This document shows positions 55,403-64,000 of a stretch of 64,000 bases of DNA, piece by piece. The stretch comes from Eledone cirrhosa (lineage: Eukaryota): contig OZ024749.1 in the NCBI GenBank assembly GCA_964016885.1, positions 25,792,001 through 25,856,000 on the forward strand, in the 5' to 3' direction. The notes under the pieces were generated by a model. The model saw nothing but the letters and a program-made list of their open reading frames with translations, had not been told where the DNA came from and ran no database searches. The position numbers were made by a program, and so were the translations under genes. How positions within the stretch are numbered: the first letter of the stretch is position 1; the number at the start of each line of letters is the position of its first letter.

Positions 55403-56133
55403 GACGTAAAATAAGAAAATTATAAAAATTTACTTACTTACTAAAATTTCACTCCAACTAATTAGTTTCTGAAAGGGAATAAACATGGTTTCCGATTGGA
55501 ACAACATGGAGAAATATCCTTTCGTCATCAAGGAGATCTGTTCTCAGCTAAGTTCCCAGGCAAAGCGTGGACACAGGGAACTTATACAAAAATAATTCAG
55601 TGGATGGTAAAAAGCAAGCGAGGACTAGATTCTAGGACATTGAAAAAATCACTGCCTACTTAGTCGGTGGCGAATTCAAGAGAATCAATCACGTGACATC
55701 GAGGTCAATCAGTGAGGAGTGAGGGTGCTAATAAGACAGTAGCCTGGCTATTACTATGAAGCATAGCAGTAGTTTTGGCAAAATTTTGCTCAACAAAATA
55801 ATTTGGAGGTAATTATAAAGAATTAGTATATCTACCAACATATATATACATATGTATATCCATGCTAGCAAATATATAGGTGTTGTCTTAGTAACTTTGT
55901 GGTTCAATGCAAGGGGATACAGAACAATTATATGAAAGACGTAAAATAAGAAAATTATAAAAATTTACTTACTTACTAAAATTTCACTCCAACTAATTAG
56001 TTTCTGAAAGGGAATAAACATGGTTTCCGATTGGAACAACATGGAGAAATATCCTTTCGTCATCTGGGAGATCTGTTCTCAGCTAAGTTCCCAGGCAAAG
56101 CGTGGACACAGGGAACTTATACAAAAATAATTC
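55397..56133 (-). mobile_element. Retrozyme-like element: 535-bp unit with about 200-bp direct repeats, each holding an HHR (family I; 55452-55535, 55987-56070)
   Basis: ctcc-(TT/CA)GATGA-cgaaagg...cctttca-GAAA-ctaattag-TT-ggag. Each copy has a different single core substitution. Confidence 0.8.
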
Positions 56134-56139
56134 TGGGTT

Positions 56140-56233
56140 ATACCTTTTCCTATTACCCACTCTACTACCCTAAGTATTGAGTACTCTGGTGCGTTATTAT
56201 GGTCCACCTGGTTCATTACCACAATTCCTTCGT
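56140..56233 (+). mobile_element. Family-L tail fragment
   Basis: ttcctattacccactctactaccctaagtattgagtactctggtgcgtta...ccttcgta. Confidence 0.7.
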
Positions 56234-56279
56234 ATATAAATACATACATATATATACACACATATATATATTTCCATTT

Positions 56280-56315
<36 letters not shown>

Positions 56316-56344
56316 AACGTCTAAAGTCTGTCTTAATCCAGAAG

Positions 56345-56588
56345 ACTCATTTGGCCGTTGCTTATCCCGATTTCATGGCGTGAAGCGACTGAGAGTACAA
56401 GACTTCCCCAAGGACAGGACGCCAGTCCATCTCATGGTTAAACCTCCAGCTATTGTTGGTACTCATTTTCTGCTGAGTATACTGGAGCAACGTGAAAAGA
56501 TGTGTTTTGCTCAAGAAAACAATACGCAACCCAGGAATCGACATTATGATCGTAGGTCCAACACCCTTACCACTAGGCCTCTAGACGC
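56345..56588 (-). mobile_element. Second SINE-like family
   Basis: The minus strand has ggcctagtggtaagggtgttgga (A-box-like) and gtcgattcctggg (B-box-like). Relatives lie at about 9285, 11980 and 60330. Confidence 0.6.
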
Positions 56589-56642
<54 letters not shown>

Positions 56643-56645
<3 letters not shown>

Positions 56646-56786
56646 AGTGGTTACACAACAGTTAGTTCACCATACCGAGAACAATTGTTTCACCTTAGCG
56701 GATCCTCAGCATTTACGAGCTGAGGATCCGCTAAGGTGAAACAATTGTTCTCGGTATGGTGAACAAACTGTTGCGTAACCACTTCT
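56643..56786. mobile_element. Palindromic element (family J) with an intact HHR at 56716-56753 (+)
   Basis: cgag-CTGAGGA-tccgctaaggt-GAAA-caattg-TT-ctcg. The mirror copy is at about 56675-56710 and a related fragment is at 39114-39178. Confidence 0.8.
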
Positions 56787-56859
56787 ACCTAACTCGTCTC
56801 ATGGACTGAGTGTTCTACCACTACGGATATTACCTTCCAGTGTTCTACCACTATATATA

Positions 56860-57045
56860 TGAAAAAGTATGACCCCGACGGCAGAGCTCAAGCCGTTTCG
56901 ACGGCTCTTTATGGACTAGCCATCGAAACGGCTTGAGCTCTGCCGTCGGGGTCATACTGTTTCCTATTACCCACTCTACTACCCTAAGTATTGAGTACTC
57001 TGGTGCGTTACGGTCCATCTGTTTCCTTACCACAATTCCTTCGTT
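56860..57045 (+). mobile_element. Family-L element folded back on the HHR stem II
   Basis: gaccccgacggcagagctcaagccgtttcgacggct...agccatcgaaacggcttgagctctgccgtcggggtc, then the tail. Confidence 0.75.
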
Positions 57046-57070
57046 ATATATATATATATATATGAAGTTG

Positions 57071-57174
<104 letters not shown>

Positions 57175-57539
57175 CAACTTCATTTTCACTTCGTAATGTA
57201 CTACGCAATATTTCATGTGGAATCTCTTATGGCTATGAAAGAAATTATTTTCATTATTATCACATTATTGTAATTATCTCATTATTATTCTCATTAGCGG
57301 TTGATTGGCCGAATCAGTAGAGCCTCGGTTAACATGTTTTGTGGCAAATAGTTACACCCTTTACACTCTGAGTTCAAATCTTGCATCAGTTAGCTTTGAC
57401 TCTCATTCAACCGGTTCGATAAAATAACGTACCAGTAACGTACTGGTGTCTATTTACACTATTTTCCCGCTACTCCCAAATTGTTGGTCTTGTGATTAAA
57501 TCATAAACCATTATTGTTCTCATAATGTTATTACTAGTA

Positions 57540-57711
57540 TCATATTAATCGTATTACTAGTACTGCTATCACTACTACTAATAGTAATACAAATACTACT
57601 ACTGTTAGTACTACTACTAATACTACTACTAACACCACCACCACCCGCACAGCACCACTACTACTACCACCACCTCTATCACTACTACTACCTGAACCAC
57701 ACCTATCACCT

Positions 57712-57748
<37 letters not shown>

Positions 57749-58053
57749 TACTACTACTTCTATAACTAACACCATCATCACCACCATCAGCACCACTACT
57801 ACTACTACTACTACTACCACCTCCTCTACCACCACTACTACTACTTCTAACACCAACACCACCACCACCATCATCACCACTTCTACTACTACCACCACCT
57901 CTACCACAACTAATTCTACTACTACTAACACCAGCACCACAAAACATCAGCACCACTACTACTACTAATACTATTAACATCAACACCACTGACATCAGCA
58001 GCGCCACCACTACTACTACTACTACAACTACTTGTAGTAGTAGTAGTAGTAGT
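57540..58053. repeat. Cryptic (CTA/CCA)n trinucleotide tract
   Basis: Low-complexity sequence. Confidence 0.85.
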
Positions 58054-58165
58054 AGCCAGACAGACTTAAATCTGTTTCGCAAGAGGGATATTCAATTTGC
58101 TGGTAATTCAACAAATATAAATGTTTATAACTGATTCAAAGCACTCGACAGTTTTTGAAGTATAC

Positions 58166-58402
58166 TATTCAATGATATTAAATAAATGGAAACTATATTT
58201 ATAAAAGTATATTTATTCTATTATATATATTTCAAGGGTACCAAAACTTTGTTGGTACGCTATCATCAGAAAAAATACAAAGTTTGTTTTGTAAATATTG
58301 ACATAACCAGGAAAGAAGAACTTAACGGTTCAAGTTTTTCCTGGTTAGGAAAAACTAGAATCGTTAAGTTCTTATAAATATAGTTTCCATATATTTAATA
58401 TC

Positions 58403-58411
<9 letters not shown>
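58166..58411 (-). mobile_element. Family-F element with inverted termini and a core-intact HHR (58214-58277 minus)
   Basis: tatttttt-CTGATGA-tagcgtaccaacaaagttttggtaccctt-GAAA-tatata-TA-atagaata. The termini are shared with 45624-45890. Confidence 0.75.
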
Positions 58412-58483
<72 letters not shown>

Positions 58484-58487
<4 letters not shown>

Positions 58488-58841
58488 AAAATGAGATGAA
58501 ATCGAAAATGCAACTAGAGTCTTATTTTTTTTTTAAATATATATATTTATTTGGTTCCTTTACCGGTTTCGCAGTTCTTCTGCTTTTCAAAAGGTGAGTT
58601 GAGATGGAGGGTCTGTGGTTTTTCTCAGAGATGTGAGAAAAACCACAGACCCTCCATCTCAACTCACCTTTTGAAAAGCAGAAGAACTGCAAAACCGGTA
58701 AAGGAACCAAATAAATATATATATTTTTTTTTAAATAAGACTCCAGTTGCATTTTCGATTTCATCTCATTTTCTTTATACTTTCACTCGTGTAGGACACC
58801 TCGGTTATTTTTCATTTTGTATAAAAAACCTCACTTTCTAA
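58484..58841. mobile_element. Palindromic family-H element; fully paired U3-A8 HHR at 58557-58594 (minus)
   Basis: cctt-TTGAAAA-gcagaagaactgc-GAAA-ccgg-TA-aagg. The plus-arm copy has GAAA changed to AAAA. Confidence 0.8.
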
Positions 58842-58854
58842 TATATATATATAT

Positions 58855-59468
58855 ATATAATAGAATAATCGAGTATCGGAAAATCAGGTCACGAATTTAC
58901 GATAAACAAATCCGACATGAGTGGCAGAGGGCTCAATAATTCAGATAAATCAGAGCTATAACTATCGTTAAAATACCAACACACAAAGATTATGCCTAAA
59001 ATCACCCATGCAGCCGAAAAATAACGACCAGGAAGATTCGGGTCACTCAGATAAAATATCAATAAATCAATAATTTATATGAATGTAAAAACTTACCCGG
59101 ACCCACTAGAAAGGTGGTAAATCTAGCTTCTTGTGTTTCTGCAATTCCTTAATCCGCCTCCTATCAGCCCACATAAAAATATATAAGACTTCTAGGGAGC
59201 GGAGGGACCGGAATGCTTTATCAACGGGTCATGTCCGACGAATAAAGAAGTTAACTATAGCTAGACGCACATGGAGTCTAGCAAGGGAGATAACCTCTAT
59301 ATTCGCGAAAAATAATCGGTAATGTGGAATACACATATCGAATAAGAGTGCTCAATAGACATATTAAAATAAACAGGAGCTATTCATCATTCAATAGAAT
59401 CGACAAAAAATGAACAATAAAATTAACTCTATGTCTAGAGCTAAATATAATAGAATAATCGAGTATCG
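58855..59468 (-). mobile_element. About 590-bp retrozyme-like monomer bounded by a 24-bp direct repeat, with an extended HHR (family K, 59095-59229)
   Basis: atataatagaataatcgagtatcg occurs at both ends. The motif is acccg-TTGATAA-agcattcc..tccgctcccta...taggaggcgga..ggaattgca-GAAA-c...g-TC-cgggt. Confidence 0.65.
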
Positions 59469-59983
59469 AGCATCACTCGTTCCCTGTTAGCCGATGAAAT
59501 TTTCACCTCACGCTCGTAGTCCCAGTAGACTCTATATACTTTTGTACTTTTATGAATGAAGTGTAAAGTTCTTGTAAAGTTCTTCAACATAATGTGTAAC
59601 AGAATTCCATATTCATAGATATCTGATTAAAGTATTTGACATCTGGAAGTCTCTCAGGCCAGATTTGTTAATACTAATGAACATATACAGATTCTAATGT
59701 ATTCCATTTTATTCAATTTATTTTCATTATGCCGCCTTCCATTTTAATCTAATCTTTCACATTATGTTCCATTGTATTCCAGTGAGAAATGGCACCATTC
59801 ATTAGGCTTGGTTTAAAAGTCAAGTGTGTTAAACGTACAATACTCCTCACCAACCAGCACCCCCACCACACATCTTCCGCAAACGTTTCATCTAACTCCT
59901 TACCGAAAGAGACTTTCAACAAATGTCTTAATGTGCCGAAATTATAAAACGTTGAGGGAAAAATATGAGTGTGCAGATAGATA

Positions 59984-60021
<38 letters not shown>

Positions 60022-60039
60022 TTACTACTACTAATAATA

Positions 60040-60233
60040 ATAACTGTTTCTACTTTTGGCACAAGGACAACAATTGACCACTACATTACTGGTACTTTAT
60101 TTTATCGACCCCATAAGGATGAGAGGCAAAGTTAAACCCGACGGGATTTGAACTCAGACCGTAAAGGAACGTAACTATGCTAGAAAGCATGGCGTACGAC
60201 CCACCCTCCACCGATACTGCCAATTCACTGCCC
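60040..60233 (-). mobile_element. tRNA-SINE in a (TAA)n tract
   Basis: Full-length copy flanked by aataataat runs. Confidence 0.85.
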
Positions 60234-61075
60234 TTATAATAATAATAATAATAATAATAACAGTAGTAACAATGGTGGTGGTGGTCTTTCCATTGCTGAT
60301 ACTATTTAACAGTCGCAACTCATGACAGAAAGAGTAACGTGAAATAAAGAGTCTTGCTCAAATACATAACACATCGCCCATTCCAGGAATCGCACTGGCA
60401 ACCTTACGATTGGGAACCCAATTCCCTAACCATCAAGGCATTCGCATTCACTTCATTTTGATATTCTTGTTGAAAATCTCACTTACTGTTGCATAGGTTC
60501 TTCCTGAACATTTTTACGTTTTCTATTCATCTTAAGGGTTTTGTTCATGAATTTGCTTAACTTTGTGTTGGTATTAGCGTGAAAATGGAGCTAGGGACTG
60601 GGGCTCCAATTTCCTGTTTAGCTGTTAATATGATCTAGGCTCTGATGAAAAGATCCTTTGCGGTATATAGTTACGACGGCCCTATCCAGTCTGATATCAA
60701 ATATTGCTGAGATTAGCGTTGCATTTCATTCCTACGGTATCGATATAAAATACCAGTAAAACACTGGCGCTCGATATAATCGATTTTCCTCTTCCCTTCA
60801 AATTGCTCGTCTTGGGTTAAATATAGAGACATTTATTAAGGGTGTTGGATTAGCAGATTATTAGAACATCGAATAAAATGATTAGCATTAATTGCCCCGT
60901 GTCTTTATGTCCTGGGTTCAATAAAGGTGTCGATAAAATAAAGTAAAAGCCATGTATTGAGGTTGATTTAATGGAATTTCACACCCGAAGGAATTACTGG
61001 CCAAATGCCAGTAATTAGGAGCAGTTATTATTAGTAATTATCAGTTATTATTAGTTATTATTAGTAATATCATAC

Positions 61076-61222
61076 AATTCTGAGTTCAAATCCCGCCGAG
61101 GTTAACTTTGCCTTTCATCCTTACGGTGTCGATAAAATAAAGTACCAGTAACGCCCTGGGATCGATTTAATCGACTTTCCCCTCCCCCGAATTACTAGCC
61201 TTGTGCCTATACTAGAAATCAT
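61076..61222 (+). mobile_element. 5'-truncated tRNA-SINE
   Basis: B-box gagttcaaatcc plus core plus tail. Confidence 0.8.
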
Positions 61223-61489
61223 TATTATCATTAGTGTTGTTGTTGTTGTTATAACTCCATTTACTGCTAAAGATGCTTTTAAAAAATATAATTGTTTTTT
61301 ATATGTTTATTATTCTGTTGATTTTTTTACAGAAATTCAAATTACATTTTTTTGTCGGCAGTTTTAAACAAAGAGAGAAAAATAAAACAAACAAACAAAC
61401 AATCTAAGAATCATAATAAGATACAAAGAATATAAACAGAGAATTGAAAAAAAATATTAACAAATTAAAAATAACTACATAATATTATA

Positions 61490-61936
61490 CATAACAACAA
61501 GAAAAACATTTATAACAAAAACAATAACAACCGGACTAACAATACACTCATTGATAACAACAATTGTAACAATAACAACAATAACAATAACAATAACAGC
61601 AACAATAACAACAACAACAACAATATAAATGTTAATAACAACATTAAAAACAATACCTTTAATAACAATAAAAACAAGAATAACAATAACAGCAAAAATG
61701 ACAATAACAACAACAATAACAACAATGCCAACAGCAATGACAATACAGACAATAACCTCATCTGTAACAACAACAACAATATCAACAACAACAATATCAA
61801 CAACAACAATAACGATATGAATTACAACAATATAAATATTAACAACAACAACTAAGACAAGTATCTCATCTATAACAACAATAACAACAACAACAATAAT
61901 ATAAATAACAACAAGAAAGACAATAGCCTCATCTAT

Positions 61937-61970
<34 letters not shown>

Positions 61971-62275
61971 GAAATTACAATGATATTTTGCTAACAATTT
62001 TACTGACAATAACAATAAAAACAAAGCAATAAGCCTTATCGACAACAATAACAGCAACAATAATTATAACGATAATCATACGAATAATAAAACAATAACA
62101 GAAACAACAAACAAAAAAGACCCCAAAATTCCGGAAACAATAGCAATAATGATAACAAAAGCACAAAAAAAAACAATAACAAAGATAATAAAAATAATAA
62201 TATGAATACCAATAAGAACATCACTAAATCACCAACAACAACAGCAATATAAAAATCACAATGCACAACAATAAG
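61490..62275. repeat. Cryptic (AAC/AAT)n tract
   Basis: Low-complexity sequence with a recurring ctcatct(g/a)taacaacaa sub-unit. Confidence 0.8.
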
Positions 62276-62574
62276 ATGCAATCATTTATTAATAGTTCCT
62301 ATTAAACCAATAGTGTTTTCTTTAATTGATTGAAAAAAGTTAAGGAGGGATGGTCGTTATTGGACGTTTACTTGCTATTGTTCCAAGTAGCTTCGGGTTT
62401 TTCTATTTCACATTAAATTCTATTCCATTTAGATGTATATATATATATATATATTACACACACACCTTTATATATATATGTATGTATATACATGTATGTA
62501 TGTATATATATATATATTTGTATATATATATTACACATATATATCTATATGTATATATATATATGACACACATA

Positions 62575-62627
<53 letters not shown>

Positions 62628-62630
62628 CAC

Positions 62631-62661
<31 letters not shown>

Positions 62662-62678
62662 CATGTATATATATATAT

Positions 62679-62727
<49 letters not shown>

Positions 62728-62857
62728 CATGTATATTTATATATACATACATATATATATGTGCGTGTGTATATAAATATTCACACATACACATATATAT
62801 ATATAATTATGTGTGTAAAGTGTGTCTATGTGTATGGATGTATGCATGTGTGTTTGT

Positions 62858-62950
<93 letters not shown>

Positions 62951-63207
62951 TGTATTTGCCATATTGACTATCACAACAAAAGAATTTCAAATCATCAAAT
63001 ATTTACTTGTGTGTTTTTTCTGTCGTTTTTATTTTGTTATTTTAGTTTGTTCTGTGTTCTGTATTTATTTTGTTTGTTTTATTTAATAACCTGGCACTCA
63101 ATACAAAGAATTCTTCGCAAAATAAATTTAACAATAAATTGTCTTCCATTTTTGTTTTCCAAAAGAAATGTATTTGCGATTGTCTGTCCTATTCATACCA
63201 AACGATT

Positions 63208-63304
<97 letters not shown>

Positions 63305-64000
63305 TCACTTATGTATGTGTGTATATATATATATATTGTTATATAAGATATTATATGTGAGTTGTGAGCGGTGTGAAGCGGAAATTCAGGTAGTCTTTTG
63401 TTTGGTTGGTTGACTGTTCGGTCGGTTTCTGCAGTTATCACCAAATTAAACGACCAAATAATCCTGCTTTTCTTTTTTTTTTGTATTTTTATTTTTCCAA
63501 GTTCATATTCCTGACATATTGTGTCACTAACGTCTCTTCATTGCAATTTCCCGCCTGTTAATCGTTAAATGTTTTTATTGCAAAATATGTATTTTTTTTG
63601 TGTGTGTGGTGTGTCTCTGTGTGTGTGATTGTGTGTGTTAGGTTTTTAATTGCATTCATGGTGGAATTTTAATGTTTGAATAGGCGATAACAAATCACAT
63701 CAGTGATTTTTGGGAGGGGTTTTGCAAAAAAATTCCACTTTCCTGATATTTCAATTCGCTAATATTTCTTCATGGCCGATTCTAGCCAAAGTTACGTTAA
63801 ATTACTATTGTATTCTTCAAAAGAAGAAAAAACATTTGGCAGGTTTTTAAATACATTCTGTGAAACTATGACGTCGGAAAATGAGATAATATCAATCCTA
63901 CCATTTTGTTTTACCCTCCGCTTGTTCTTTTCAATATTATTTTTATTATAAAGTTGTGAATTATACAGAAATCTTTGTAAATGGTGCTGCTATATTGTGT

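Noticed and set aside
59470-59520. Possible Mariner-type terminal repeat (minus strand tacgagcgtgaggtgaaaatttcatcggct)
   Set aside because: The resemblance is from memory only. No partner end or transposase is visible.

Overview
AT-rich, microsatellite-saturated animal DNA with no intact host gene. The SINE families suggest an octopus or other cephalopod (inference). The window holds two rearranged Penelope-like retroelements (PLEs): a Naiad-type copy with a YRDD RT and GIY-YIG split by a 5' inversion (about 2777-6654), and a YVDD copy with a 1.15-kb inverted terminal duplication (34514-38139). It also holds a 5'-truncated Tx1/L1-like LINE in (GATA)n, more than 20 tRNA-derived SINE copies often in tandem, and a decayed mucin-like locus with a 6.4-kb Pro/Thr/Leu repeat. 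The main hidden signal is non-coding. By eye I find about 25 type-I hammerhead-ribozyme (HHR) motifs, intact or degenerate, from about 11 sequence families. Most lie in short ORF-less elements in (TA)n tracts, arranged as fold-back palindromes or as retrozyme-like tandem/direct repeats of 420-660 bp. All HHR calls come from manual base-pairing; no folding or database search was run. Most short ORFs in the supplied track are microsatellite artefacts.
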